A stretch of 63,983 bases of DNA, filler included, from Welwitschia mirabilis (lineage: Eukaryota): NCBI GenBank assembly GCA_051453625.1. It is 5 parts of one record of this genome, joined end to end, with 100 filler letters (N's around TTAATTAATTAA, not from the genome) between each part and the next. Parts side by side here need not be neighbours in the genome. Positions count along the whole stretch, not along the records: positions 23,409 to 44,971 come from JBOZIK010000001.1; 4 more parts are not named here. One strand, 5' to 3'. Under the pieces are notes generated by a model, which searched no databases, had not been told where the DNA came from, and worked only from the letters and a program-made list of their open reading frames with translations. The position numbers and the translations under genes are program-made. This document shows, piece after piece, positions 27,890 through 41,750 of the stretch (the stretch's first letter is position 1; each line of letters starts with the position of its first letter).

Positions 27890-29660
27890 ATGAAGGTAGT
27901 GGATGCATACTTTCCTTCTTTTGCTTTTTCTTATGTGTTAAGACCTGACAATGACCCATTTCGAGGAACCTAAATCCTTCAAGGGTATCAACACATTTAA
28001 GTGAAATTTGTAAATTAACCATCTAGATTGATGCTAGTTCAGCTGCATCATCTGAGGAAGAATCATGCAGAGGCCTCTTTGTCATTTAGGTAGGCATGGA
28101 TCTTGTGATCTTCCCAAGGATCACAAAAGTTTAAGTATTTGAAGGAAGCCTAATATACACGGGAGATAGCATACAGAGGACCAGCAACATTCCAAATTTG
28201 AAACTACAAATATTGAGGAGATTCTTTGAATCCTTAATGATGAAGGATTCAGAGAACAATGATCAGTTTAACAACTGAGTTCAAGAAGTCACAGATGACT
28301 TGCAATTGGCTGGCCAGAAGATGGGAGAAGTGAGGATCATCGAGAGGGTTTCAGGAAGCCTCTGAAGGTGATTTCATTAAAACATCCTTGCTATAGAAGA
28401 GGCTAAAAATTTCTCAAAGTAACTTATGGCAAAACTCATGGGTGGTTTTAAAACCCATGAGCAAAGGATAGCTGACAAAGAAGATATATCTGCTCAAACG
28501 TTTCGGACATAAGTGAAATGAAAAAGAACAATCAACCATCCTTCTGAGTTCCAACTATATTTTTTGACAAATAACAACTGTAACGAAAGGCAAAGGAATA
28601 TTTGGACCCAAAGATTCAAAAGGTGAAAAACTCTATTGTTATTGTAAAGGAAATAACAAAAGAAATTTTAAACCCAATGAAGGCGAATGCTTCAAAAGGA
28701 AAAATGATAAAGTAGCATTGCATGTTTTGGGAAAGTTAAAGTAGAGGAGCAACTTGGTATAAGGTCATATTTCATAGAAGAAAAACATTCATTCTTCATT
28801 GTAGATTGATTAAATCTGGATCTTAAGCAATTTGGTATTTGAGTCATGGGTGCAGCCATCACATGATAGGCTTAAAGCGATTATTGTCAAAATTAAAATC
28901 ATACAATGGAGCTGTTTCTCTGGGTAATGGCACATGGACTAGTTTCAACACACTCAACCTTTGATATTTAATATGCACCAAGTTTGAAAAAAAATTCTTT
29001 AAGCATTGCACAACTTTGCATTGATGGTTGTAATGTTGATTTTTCGAATGATAGTTGTAACATTATAAGAGCTCATCATGATAATCATGTTGCTAAAGAG
29101 TTCAAACAAACCAAAACAACAGAAGGTTCAAATGTATTTGGGTGAGGACTTGATCTGTTCCTGTCAACTGAATTAAAAGACTTTTGTGAAAAGTATGGCA
29201 TCGTTCATCAAACAACCATCTATACTTCACTGCAAAGTCGTGTTGTGCAATGAAAAAAATAGAACCATCATGGACATGGTTTGTTGTCCAATAGATGTTT
29301 AACAACAACAGATATTCTCAATCACATTCCATCAAAGATGCTTGACAAAATGAGATCATATGAAATTTGGTATGCCTGTAAGCCCATGATTCCTTATTTT
29401 TGTATTTGAAGATGTGCATGTTTGGCCTATGTACGTAACCTACTTCTTGAAGGCTAGAAAATGCATTGCTCGGGGTTTAAAGATAGAATTAAAGGTAGTT
29501 GTTTGCATGGTTTAGAAGACAAGACAATCATAGTTATACGGACATAAATTTTATGAATAGTCTAACTTAAAAGAGGTCAAGTTCAAATAACCCTTGTAGT
29601 AATTTTGAAAAATATTAATAAGATATTCACCCCCTCTAGGGATCTTGAAAATAATAATAC
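27890..29660 (+). mobile_element. Heavily deleted Copia remnant in intron
   Basis: Gag LKLQILRRFFESLMMKDSE ~28200; protease-like WYLSHGCSHHMIG ~28833; integrase fragments; LTR-end motif attcaccccctctagg ~29625. Confidence 0.7.
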
Positions 29661-29749
29661 AGATAATTTAAATGGTGTAGGGTCATTGATATCATCCCTC
29701 AATAAACCTATCTTTTACACTTAACAACATTGTTACATCTCAGGATGTT

Positions 29750-30350
29750 AAATTTGCCAAGACTAGAGTGACGATCATTCCTTCATGAAGGTCATTTTTT
29801 CCTTTATTGAATGCCTCTATGCACTTTATTGCAACACAATGACAAGCAACATAGTCTCGACATTCAATGTTGTAACCAATTATGCATTTAAACTAAGACA
29901 TGTTTTTGTTTTTGTCAGATTCTACTATTGATTTTCCAACATTTTCTTGTTTCAATCATTATGAGCAACCATTTCAAGTACTAGTGTAACAAATTCAAGT
30001 GTGAGTCTTCAAGGTGGACCTAGGGGGGTGCTTTCGTGTATTGGGTATGCACCAGAAGCAAGACCTGAATCTTTGGTGGCTAGCTTTTGGGGCAAGAGCG
30101 GCCAACCATGGATTTTCGTCTAACCAACCAAAAACCAGAGTCTTTGATGAGTGTGATACAGTTACCCATGAATTCAAATGTGTTAACATCATGTGCCACA
30201 CCTCTTTCACTTAGCAAATCCCTTGTGTCTCAATCCTTTTTGAAGCACTTGGATTTTCTGTACCAATTCATTGGTTAATTTGAGTTGAATTTTCACATTT
30301 CTATCAGCCATTTCAAAATTGATTTTGACTCATACATGGCATTTGCTTTT
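29750..30350 (-). mobile_element. Copia fragment (GAG-pre-integrase region)
   Basis: EVWHMMLTHLNS resembles the LWHxRLGHLN motif. Confidence 0.5.
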
Positions 30351-30359
30351 GCATTCTTA

Positions 30360-33300
30360 TGTAGGAAAAGTGAAGTCAAATTTGTCTTGTTTATATTGTA
30401 ACATTATGTTTTAACATTGACCCCCCCTTCCTTTTTTTGTAATGTTGTAAAGGAGATTATGTTTTAACTCCTCAGGGTATTTAACATAAAAAGAAAAAAA
30501 AGGAAGGAAAAAGGGGAGGAACTTTCTAGATTGTCTTGGCTTGAAACCCTAAACCTATTTAAATCTTGCTTGGGGGTTTGTTTTATATGGTTGATTCTTG
30601 TGCTTCTTGAATAAGATTAAGAGCTCTATTTGCTTCCCGTGTCTTTTTCCTGAAAGGGTTTTCAACATAAATCTATGTGTGCATTTCTTGTGCTTATTGT
30701 TTCATTTTCTTTAGCATTGATTTACAGTAAAGATTTGTAGCAAATGGTATCAGAGCAAGGTTTGAAGTGCATTTCATTCAAAACAATGATGGAACGTTTG
30801 TTAACGACGGACAAATTGGTTGGAGTCAAGAATTGGAGAAATTAGAAAATGGAGGATGTTTGGTACTCGAAGGATTGTAATTTTGTTCTCAAATCAAAGG
30901 GCAAAGCAAAAGTAGCATCCGGATTATCAGATGTCAATTTGTTGAAGAAATACCTTGATGAAGAATGGGAAAAACTAACGGGGATGCCCTCATTACAATA
31001 CATGTGTGTCTTGGCAACGGTACACTTGGAACGTATAGAGGAATCATCGAGGCACATGTCTTGTGGAAAACATTGAATGAAAGGTATGACTAGTCCACTG
31101 GAATGAATAAATATTATATGATTAACAAGGTTTTCAAGATCAAAATGTAGGAAGGAAGGTCTTTGCTAAGTCATTTGGATGAGATGAATGGCTTGTTTGC
31201 TCATATCGATCATTTGGGTATTAATTTTGAAGAAGATCTTTGGGTGGGGGTTGTGTTGAGTTCCTTACTAGAACCATAGGAAACAATTCGGATTACCTTA
31301 ACTGATGCTTCCAAAACTTTAACATCCCTCAACACAATCATTTCAAAGTTACTGGACACAGATAAGACTAAAATTGTAGATGCCCCTAGTGAAGCATTGG
31401 TTGTTAGAAAGGGCCGTTCATACAAAAGGGACAATATCCGTGGATGTAGCAAGAGCAGAGATAAATCTACTAGTAGAAGTGAAGTTGTTTGCTGGTGTTG
31501 TAAGAAGAAAGGTCATCTGCACAAGGATTGTTATGCCTTGAAGAATAAGATGAAAGATAAGAGACTTGAGAATAGCAGAGAAGAACAAGCAAAATTTTAT
31601 GGAGATGTCTTAGTCCTGTTGATTAATATAGATGGAGATGCTAACATCTCCATGTAATTTATTCGTGATGTAGAGATTTTAGACTCAGGAGTTTCCTTCC
31701 ATGTTTGCTCATACATAGAATATTTTTCTGATTACAAGTTTGTTTCTGGGAGATCTTCCCAAGAGATGACAAATCATGCACTATTGAAGGGATTGGTACC
31801 GTCATTTTGAGACAGAGTAACGAACAAAGTGTGAAATTGAGGAATGTTTACTATGTTCCAGGTATTGCAAAGAACTTCATCGATAGTTGGATGATTTGGG
31901 TTCTAGAATTACTCATGTTGATGGAAGCTGGAAAGTTAGCAGAGGTGCAATGACACTAATGCATGTTAAAAAAGAAGGGATGTTGTATACGTTGAGGGCA
32001 CACGTAGTTGGAAGATGTGTTGCTGCTACAATTTCAGAGGACGACGATTCTTTGTGGCATCACAAACTCAGTCACCTTAGCGAAACTGGAATGAAGGTAC
32101 TTGTTTCTAGGAACCTACTACCTGAGTTTTCTTCGATTTCTGTATAGTTTTGTTATGATTGTGCTGTTGGTAAACATAAGCCTGTTGCCTTTAAGAAATC
32201 TATTTTGAATAAGGACATAAGGAAACTTGATATGGTGTATTCCAATATTGTTGGTCTGATGTCCATCACGTCTTTAGGTTGTACATCATATTTCGTTACA
32301 TTCATTGATAGATTTAGCAAAAAGACATGGATTTATTTTATGCGTTCCAAAAGTCAAGTATTAGAAAAGTCTAAGGAGTTTAGAGCTAGAGTAGAAAATG
32401 GGTCTGGCTGTAAATAAAGTGTCTTATCGCTGATAATGGGTGGAATACACCTCCATGAGTTTTTTGAATTTTCCAAGCAGGCTGGAATTGTACATACCAA
32501 AACACCACCAAGAACACCACAAAATAAGGGTGTTGCAGAAAGATATAATTGTATAATTCTTGACCAAACTAGATCCACGTTTGCTCAATGTAGTGTACCT
32601 AAGTTGTGTTGGGCAGAAGTCGCTAGAATAGCTGCTTATTTAATCAACCGTTCTCTTCATTCAGCCTTAGATGGTGATATTCTAGAATCTGTCTGGAGAG
32701 GGACTTCTCTTTCTTTGTCTCACCTATGTGTTTTTGGATGTGAGGTGTATATCTATTTGCAGGTACAAGAAAATTGGAAGAACATGGCAGGAAATGTGTT
32801 TTTCTTGGCTATGGGGAAGATGATTTTGGATATAGGTGTTGGGATCCTGTGGCACATAGGATTGTTAAATCACGTGACGTTGAATTTAGAGAAGACATGA
32901 TGTTTTACAGGTCACAAGAGAGCATTCCAAAAGAGGGAAAGATCTAATTCTCACACCATGCACAAGTCTGTAACAGGCTATTGATAAGGAAAAGCATAAT
33001 ATACATGGGGAAAATGTCTAGCCTGAACTAAACCAACGCGAAGAGGAAAGCTTAAGTTCTGAAACTGATTTTAAGACTGATGATGATGGAACCCAAACTC
33101 CAACACATCGAGTTCATATATCCACTAGAGTTACCAAGCAAATTGAAAGGTATTCTCCGTCTTTACATTATGTGTCGTCACAGANNNNNNNNNNAAGCTA
33201 TTTCTTCTTCTGAATCTCATAAATGGAAAGCCGCCATGGAAGAAGAAATGAAATCCATGGAACAGAACCATACTTGGGATTTGGCTCCCTTACCTAAAGG

Positions 33301-34450
33301 AAAAAACTGTTAAGATTTAGGTGGGTGTATGTCATCAAACAAGAGGCTAATGGTGAATAATACTACAAATCATGGTTGGTAGTGAAAGAGTATAGCCAAA
33401 AACTAGTATTGATTTTACAAAAAAATTCTCACCTATTGTGAAACACACGTCTATTGGGATTTTGTTTGGCATGGTTGCTTGTGTGGATTTGGAGCTAGAG
33501 TAATTAGACATTAAAANNNNNNNNNNNNNNNNNNNNNNNNNNNNNNNNNNNNNNNNNNNNNNNNNNNNNNNNNNNNNNNNNNNNNNNNNNNNNNNNNNNN
33601 NNNNNNNNNNNNNNNNNNNNNNNNNNNNNNNNNNNNNNNNNNNNNNNNNNNNNNNNNNNNNNNNNNNNNNNNNNNNNNNNNNNNNNNNNNNNNNNNNNNN
33701 NNNNNNNNNNNNNNNNNNNNNNNNNNNNNNNNNNNNNNNNNNNNNNNNNNNNNNNNNNNNNNNNNNNNNNNNNNNNNNNNNNNNNNNNNNNNNNNNNNNN
33801 NNNNNNNNNNNNNNNNNNNNNNNNNNNNNNNNNNNNNNNNNNNNNNNNNNNNNNNNNNNNNNNNNNNNNNNNNNNNNNNNNNNNNNNNNNNNNNNNNNNN
33901 NNNNNNNNNNNNNNNNNNNNNNNNNNNNNNTATTGGCAAAGTTTTGAAACATTTTAACATGGTAGATTGTAAACCTGTTTGTACTCCTTTTGCTACACAT
34001 TTCCAATTAACTCATCAGGTTTGTCCTACTTCGGAGAAGGAGAAGACAAAAATGACATGTGTGCCTTATGCGTCAGCTATAGGAAGTCTGATGTATACCA
34101 TGATTTGTACTAGACTAGACATTGCTCATGCAGTGAGAGTTGTTTCTCCTTTTATGAGTAATCTTGGAAAAGAACATTGGGAAGCTGTAAAAGGGGTTTT
34201 TCGTTACTTGAAGGGAACCCAACATATGAGTTTGTGTTTTGGCAATACTGATTTGCATGTTAAAGGGTATGTGGATGCTGATTATGTTGCTTGCAGGGAT
34301 ACTAGAAGGTCTACTATAGGGTACACATTTACTCTTGGTGTTGGAGCTGTTAGTTGGATGTCCTGTCTACAATCTGATGTTGCTATTTCCACTACAGAAG
34401 CTGAGTATGTTGCCTTGACGGAAGTTGCTAAGGAGATGCTGTCGTTGCGT
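30360..34450 (+). mobile_element. Copia C: Ty1/Copia retrotransposon, 3'-truncated
   Basis: LTR 30360-30742, perfect PBS tggtatcagagc 30745-30756, zinc knuckle CWCCKKKGHLHKDC, protease LDSGVSFHV ~31680, integrase TPPRTPQNKGVAERYN, RT/RNase H VPYASAIGSLMY...YVDADY...STTEAEYVA; no matching 3' LTR. Confidence 0.93.
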
Positions 34451-34610
34451 GGTTTCGTTGGCTGGTCTCAGTTTTAAGTCTCCTCGGTGGCTTCCTGGTT
34501 CATGTGAGCATTCGACATGTGGATCGAGGGGAAGATTGTTAGATATGCAGTGCTTATGCCTAGATCGACAAGTGGTTACATATGAAGGGTTCTAATTTCC
34601 ACCTTAGGAA
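34448..34610 (+). mobile_element. Partial TRIM (internal region, PPT, 3' LTR), same family as 39521-39821
   Basis: ggttcatgtgagcattcgacatgtggatcgaggggaagattgttagatatgca matches gattcatgtgagtacttggcatgtggatcaagtgggagattgttgggtatgca. Confidence 0.75.
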
Positions 34611-37007
34611 TCATATCAAATAAATTTCCTATGTCCAAGATCTTTCATGTTAGTCAACTTTGCTGATAAAACGTAACCCTCAAAATATCAATTTGTCATT
34701 AACTAGCCATTCGTGCATTGAATCACAATTGTTTTGTTGAAACTAAAATATTGGTAAAATAAGCATCTTTAACAAGGTATGTTGACAACAATTAATTACA
34801 CACATAACAACAACAACAATTACAAATTAAACAACTTAATCAAAATTAATAAATATAAATCCAATCACTAAACTAAAATGATACATTCCAAATAGTCTCT
34901 TTATATCATTGCAACACTTCAAATGATTGACAAGACTTCAAAGGCCAATGGGATGCCCTATTAGTGCACTTACACGTTCTTCGCAAGGGACACCTTCCAA
35001 GTCCTTACACCTACCTGCTTCTTAAGGCCTGAATTTGCCTTCAGTTAGTCCTCTGAATTTCTCTGATTTTATCTTTTGAATATTTTTTTAATACTGCTTT
35101 AAGGATTGCCATGAGAATGTCTTTAGACTTCCAATTTCATGGGCTTCAATGTCTCTTCCCAAGGGTGTTGTCTTTTATGAAACAACATAGCTCTTCAATT
35201 TTGATCTTTGTTTTTTATGACGATAAATTTCAAGCTAAGAAAAAAATGAACTTGACACTTTTTTAATCGTTTACTTATTGAGATTTGAACACATGACCTC
35301 TCAATGGGAGATGTAAGAATGTCACTTGAAATTTCAACATATCTTCCCCTTGACGTTTTCAGTCATTTTATCATAAAATTTGAAGTAATCCACATTTGTA
35401 GAGTTGCCTGGAACAAATATCATGTTTGGGATAGATGTGGTGCCACATCATCATCAAGAGTAATTAAACGTTGAACGCACTCTCCCCCTTGACTAAAATG
35501 TCAAGACCTGGAGAATCACGGAAGTTATGTGACGTGTCTTCCAACTTAATTATCCTTTTCATGTCATGCCTTAATTTAATGTTCGACTTTTTGTTCTGTT
35601 TGTGGCATGACTTGTTTTGGGTTGTCTTAACTTGTTTCCTCATGGGCACATTTTCACTTTTAGGCTATGCTTTATTTTGATATGGACTTCTTTCCTTCTC
35701 ATAAAAGTTATAAAAGGAATCATCATCAATCATGGAAATCTTCTTCAACATATGGGACATTCCATTACAACACTTGCATACATGAGGGAGGTGCAATGTT
35801 CAACCTTCAACCATGTCATTATCATAAAAGCTATTACAATAATGAAAAAACATATTAGCTTTGTCATAATCACTAGCCTTGACCTCTTCACTAATCTATT
35901 CTCAAGTATCAAGGGCATCTTCAAACACATCATCATCATCATCATAATCTTCATGTTGGTTAACATGTCCCTCATCACACAATTCAATGTCACAAGGGGC
36001 ATCCTCTCCCTTTCAAATTTATCATCATCACTCTGCATATCATTCTCAACATCATACACTTCTTTATGCAACTATTTTCAAGGCGATCATCATATACACC
36101 TTCAAAGGGATCACAATAAGACTACCTTTTGAGTCAAATTCACATGATCAGCAATTGCAATAAAATTGAACTCTTTTTGTTCTTGATTAACGATAACCAC
36201 TTTTGCTTCCTTTTGTTCTTCATTATGAATTTCTTCTTGTGCCAAAAGTACACCCATTTCTTCATCTCTAATTTTCTTCTTACACTCAAATGTTTAATGA
36301 CTAGGAGCTTTACAATACTAATAGTATATGACCCTTCTTCCATTACCGGTACCTCTTCCACCTCACTCGTTTTGTCTTTGGTCATCATGGTTTTGATCAT
36401 ATGGAGTCCTTCTATCCCTTCTTCTTCCTTTGTATGTATTACTATAATAAGCTTCTTGTTAATGACCTTCATCTTCATGTGCAACATTTAATGCAAGAGT
36501 GTTTGCTACTTCATTTGCTTTCATTTGGAGTTCAACTTGCACTAATCTCCTTGCTAACTCTCCAATTTGATGGTCTTCAAATTTAAAAACTTACATTGCA
36601 TCATGGTCGTGTTTTGGAATGTGCAATAAGAGTTCTTAATATTTTGAGAGCCATATTACTACTACTAGTGGCATGGCATGCTGTCTCTAATTCTCTCACT
36701 ACGTCTTTGTTTTTTTGGGAGAAAAGCTGATTCTGTTAACAAGAGAATATACACAAAGTGGGGCGATCTTGCCCCAACAAAATGCCACTATATACAAACA
36801 CTAGTAAACCTAGCTTGTGGGTTAGATCAACCAAAAAGTTAATATATAGGAAACAATAATCTAAGGATTTCTAAGTGGGGGAGTCTACCTTATTAAGGTG
36901 CCATTGAATACAAAACATATAAAAGGAACTACTTAAACGAAACAACCTAAGGAAAAGGAAACAACAGTAGAAAAAAGACACTTAGCAAAAACCTTGTAGC
37001 AACGTGT

Positions 37008-38200
37008 CTACCACCCAATGTTGCGTGGGCTATCTCTCACTCTGCATGCTAGGAACCTACCTACATGGAGGTTCTTAACCATCCTTCTCACCATAGGGTG
37101 CTGAAGGACTTCCCACATGACATTTAATTCTTGAATTTTTCTGACTACTTATTGCTTGTGCTTTTTAGAAGTTGTCATGTGTCTAACTAGATAAAGTTTC
37201 AATGACATTGCATGATGCTTTCGAAACATGTCCTTGCCAATTTCATAGCGAGATAGATCCAAGAATTCAAATGCACATTTTGAAGAGTTTAGGGCCACCT
37301 TTGTAGACTACAAGAGGGCTTTCTCTCTGTCAAAGTTTCTTCATTAGATGATGAGTTAATTAAGAAGGCAAGGGGAGATTTTTCTCTTTCTGTTATTGGT
37401 GGAATGGAGTTGGGTCCTTCAGCTTGCTCTTTTGCAGCCTGAGCACTTTGACCGTCTTCATGCAAGGGTGAACCCTCTTGTGGCTCATTTGCATGATGCT
37501 TAGGATCTACTTCTGATGATGAGGATTTTGCATTAACATGTTCAAGTTGTTTTGGGGTTCCGAGCAATCATAGCGTTGCTCCTATCTTGCATGGCGACTA
37601 GTCCTGGACCTTTGCAACAAGCCATCTACCCTTTTGCCATCTTTCTCGATCTTCGACTTATTTGTTTTTTCTCCTTTTCCAAGCTTGAGTAGCTCTTCAC
37701 ACACATTCCTCTATGGGAGAGGTCAATTCCTTCAACTTTTTTCCCAAAGGGTCATGACTAGAATAGAATGCCTAGTGGAATCCTTCTATTGTAGACATTC
37801 AAACAAAAAATAAGCATATTACTAAACAATGATACCTTAAGAAGCTCAGAAAGCAGAAGTGATGATCTTTGGGCTTTGCATGATTTCCTGACTAAAGTAG
37901 ATATCTATTTGTCATTTCCACTCCTACTTGCCATGGTTGTGGAAAGGTAGTCTTTGATACGTATCCCCTTTTCAAGTGGGCTAGTTCTTCACCATAAAAG
38001 AAAACTATCACAATGTGCCCCTTTAAATCTGGGCTCCAAATTTCGCCATCATTGGGGACTCCAATGGTTTTGACAATGAAGTCTTGCATCACGTGGATTT
38101 CGGTTCACTAGAAATTTGTGAAATCTGCTTAGCAACCCATGGAGTTGCTTTAGCATTGCTTCCCATCCCCTTTGGACCACGAGCTTCTAGAGTGCTTGAC
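37008..38200 (-). pseudogene. LINE-1 ORF3 remnant: plant-transposon-protein-like domain, S/P/E-rich linker, decayed J-domain (37008-37307)
   Basis: Minus frame 37307-37008 reads STKVALNSSKCAFEFLDLSRYEIGKDMFRKHHAMSLKLYLVRHMTTSKKHKQ*VVRKIQELNVMWEVLQHPMVRRMVKNLHVGRFLACRVRDSPRNIGW*, alignable to ORF 44203-44514; upstream ORFs 37289-37567 and 37892-38092. Confidence 0.75.
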
Positions 38201-38789
38201 ATTATTCATAATGACCTATAGAGTTTGTCTTGGGCATAAGATGTTTTCCCATGTTTGCAAGCATGATTTTTCCCCATTGCCCTTGATATTTTCTTGTGGC
38301 TTGGTATACCTCCAATTTAATATTTTTGAAAAGGCATTGATTTCGATGTTTTGAAATCTGCCAACACGCTAGTTGGCAAAGCTTTGATTTGTGCAGGTAG
38401 TAGTGGGCTGTATTTAAAGTGCAATTGTTTAAGTGGGCAATCTTTTAGTCCATATGCAATCTTTAAACAAATGATCTATAGTCTCATTTTTGTAATGGTG
38501 CATCGTACAAATTTGAGCGACATTAATTTCACACCTTATACATCTATCAACGATTAGTATAACTTTGTGTGCCCAAAGCCAAATGAAGATTTTGATTTTT
38601 TTCCCCTCCTTTGGGGCCCCTTGAAAAGCACTCCTTTCCATGATGTGTTTCCATTTTCCTTTTGCTCATATTTTGCTAGGAAAAGCTCTTTATTAGATCA
38701 ATCCTGCCTTAGTCCTATATTGTTCAAGCTCTATTTGGTTTGTGTGATGTTTTTCTACAAGGCAAAACTACTCCATTGATTCTGATTAT

Positions 38790-39003
38790 ATTTGTAGTTT
38801 ATTAGAATTTTCCATGGAGTCTCATTTTCCTTTAGTCTTTGTATATTTTTCTTTGCTATAGTGGATACATGTTTTCGATACTGTTAATGCCCAATAACTT
38901 TGTAGTTCATTAGAATTTCCCATGGAGTCTCATTTTCCTTTAGTCTTTGTATAATTTTTCTTTGTTGTAGTGGATTCATGTTTTCTATATTGTTAATGCC
39001 CAA
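38790..39003. repeat. Tandem duplication (~108 bp x2) in LINE-1 ORF2
   Basis: ttgtagtt.attagaattt.ccatggagtctcattttcctttagtctttgtata repeated. Confidence 0.85.
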
Positions 39004-39520
39004 GAACCTTGATTCCTTAGGTCTGCTTAAGATGGACCATTTGACAAGGTGAATATGAGCCTTGTTCTTTCCTTTTGACTGGACAAAACCTTTGAAAGCT
39101 TTGTGTAATTAATGGCATGTTTTCTTTGATGGGGTGATAATGGCTGACATATGCATGGCAATTGAACCAATGCATGCATGCATTCACTAGAATACTTTTT
39201 GCTTGAGAGGACAAATACCTTTTACACTAGTCTGTACATCTCTTCTTCGTCTTTTCTAGCGGGTTCTTACATGTGCTGATTTTACTGAAGTTCTTCATCA
39301 GGATGCCTAGGTACACATAATTCTCAGCACACTTTGTCATAATTCTTTCGTATAGAGTAGTTTGTTTCTTATTGATATTTGTATTGAAGAAATATATTTT
39401 GGACTTTTTATAGTTAATCCATAGGCCTTTTTTATCGTCAAACTCTTTGATGCTTCTAACTATTGCTTTGGCATCCCCGTTGATAGCTTTGGTTGTTAAT
39501 ATATTATCATTAGCGTAGCA

Positions 39521-39821
39521 GGTTGGGTATGCACTCCCCATGCCCAGCTTGACAAGTGGGTAGGGTTCTAATTTCCAACTAAGTCATGGCTTTTGGTGTA
39601 ATGGTAAAGGGCCTAATAATTGGTATTAGAGCCATGGTGTTAGCTTGGCTTCATGTTCGAATTTCCTTGGTGCCTTCTCGATTCATGTGAGTACTTGGCA
39701 TGTGGATCAAGTGGGAGATTGTTGGGTATGCACTCTCCATGCCCAGCTCGATGAGTAAATATGAAGGGTTGTAATTTCCACCTAAGTTATTGCTTTCGGT
39801 GTGATGGTAAAGTGCCCAACA
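39521..39821 (+). mobile_element. TRIM (terminal-repeat retrotransposon in miniature), 301 bp, inserted in the LINE-1 RT
   Basis: LTRs 39521-39618 and 39720-39821 (~100 bp, TGTTGGG...CCCAACA), PBS tggtattagagc 39621-39632, PPT aagtgggaga, ~100 bp non-coding interior. Confidence 0.9.
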
Positions 39822-41611
39822 TAATGGTTGTTTAGAAGTTTGATTCCCTATAGAGAGCCCTTTTGCTCTATGTTTTCTCAGGAAAAGCCACATCATGTCC
39901 ATTACTAGAAAAAATAAGTATGGCGATAATGGATCCCCCTACCAGAGACCTTTACTTGATTTGTAAGGGAAAAATACATATAGTCTTTCATTGATCTTCA
40001 TCAAAAATCTAGTGGTGACTTGCAGAGTTTATACCAACTTTACTTATTTGGGAGAGAAACCTTTACCTACTATTTTGTGGAGCGCTCTAATTAACAATAT
40101 CGTAAGCTTTTGCTATGTCTAACTTGATGAACATGGCTGGAAATCTGTGGGTCTTGCATGTGTGGATTAATTCATGATTCAAAAAAAAAAAAATTCTAAT
40201 CTTGAATGTACCTAGATTTAACAAAGCCTACCTGAGAAGGATGAACTAGTTGGGGCAACCAGGGGGCTAATTTGTGAATTAGAGCATTGGTTAAGATCTT
40301 GTAGATCACATTACAAACCCCTAGAAATTTTGAAATCTTGTGGGGTAATGGGGTCTTGCTTTTCGAAATGACTAACCCATTTGTGCAATTAATTTCGCGC
40401 ATTATATTGCCTCGCGATAGCATATCATTTGCCATATCTGTGATGTTCTCTAAGAAATAAATGGCAAATTTCTTGTAGAAATTTGTTGACCAACCATCTA
40501 GCTTAGGACTTTCGTTATTTTCATGCTTTTGATGGCCTCTACTATTTCTTGTTGAGAAAAGGTTTCCATAAGTTGACCCATATCTTCTTGAACATTAATG
40601 CTAGAGGGTACTTTTGCCTGAGGTTCTGCTAGTTCTATATGGTAATTTTTAAAAACCTTCGTATTTCTTGTTTGTCAGTGGTTTTTTTTTGGTCTTGTAT
40701 TTTAATTCTTCTAATCTAATTATTATTCCCATTCTTTGATGCTATCCTAAAGAAGAATTTTGAATGTTCCTTCCCTTACTTTAACCGCTATATCCGTGAA
40801 TGTTGTTTTTAGTGGCTTTCTTTATTCTTATACAACTCATCTAGCTCCATTAAAATTTCTATTTCTCCCTCATCGTTTGGATTCCCTTCTTCCTTCTAGC
40901 ATTGTATTGCCTCTAATTGCTCTAACGGTTCTTTCCTTTTAGTTATAAAATTATCCTGGTTTGCTTATTTTTCAGGTGATAGACCTCTTATAAAAAATCC
41001 CTCAAGGTCATTCTTATTATATTGGCTCCATATCTCTTGCACCATTTCCTCAAGCCTCTCTTGATTCAACCCATATCTTTCAAACTTGAAATAGTTATGG
41101 CAGGGTCGTTTTGTCCTCACTTGTAGAAGAATATGTCCATGAGTAGAACATGTTCTAGATAGCCCTCTCATCGAACAATCTGTAGTATTGATAAGCTTCC
41201 TTGAGATCCACACTTTGTCTACTTAGCGAGAATCCTTTTATACCTATCCTATGATTGGATCCAGTATAGTTACTTTTTAAAAGGTCTTACTTGTATTAAT
41301 TGTAAATACCTATTAACTTCAGATTTATTCTCGTGTTTACTCCCAAGTTTTTCCCACCTATATAAGCATTGGTTGAAGTCACCTATAATCACCCAACATT
41401 TATTACTCTACCTTCCTATTAAATCCTTACGAATTCAAACTCTTGTTTAATGATTCTTTGGACCATAAAAATTGGTTATGACTAGATCATTAATTTCAAC
41501 AGTGACAAGCCAATTCTTTCTTTCTATCGCTTTAAAAGGATTTCTGCTAGCAATCAGTAGTCCTCTTGCTCTACCTGTACTAGCAGTTGTAATAGTGTCC
41601 CAATGATTAGG

Positions 41612-41750
41612 GCCCATCCAAGTCTCCTCGATTAACAATTTCGCTTCCTGTATACAAACTATGTTAGCTTTCCATTCTCTGCCCATCCAAGTCTCCCCGA
41701 TCAACAATTTCGCTTCTTGTATACAAACTATGTTAGCTTTCCATTCTCTA
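41612..41750 (-). repeat. 69-bp in-frame tandem duplication in the LINE-1 endonuclease
   Basis: REWKANIVCIQEAKLLI(G/E)ETWMG occurs twice in ORF 41447-41800. Confidence 0.9.

Noticed and set aside
35617-36586. Overlapping Ile/Met/His-rich ORFs as host genes
   Set aside because: Alternative-frame readings of the decayed low-complexity gag/acidic region of element E
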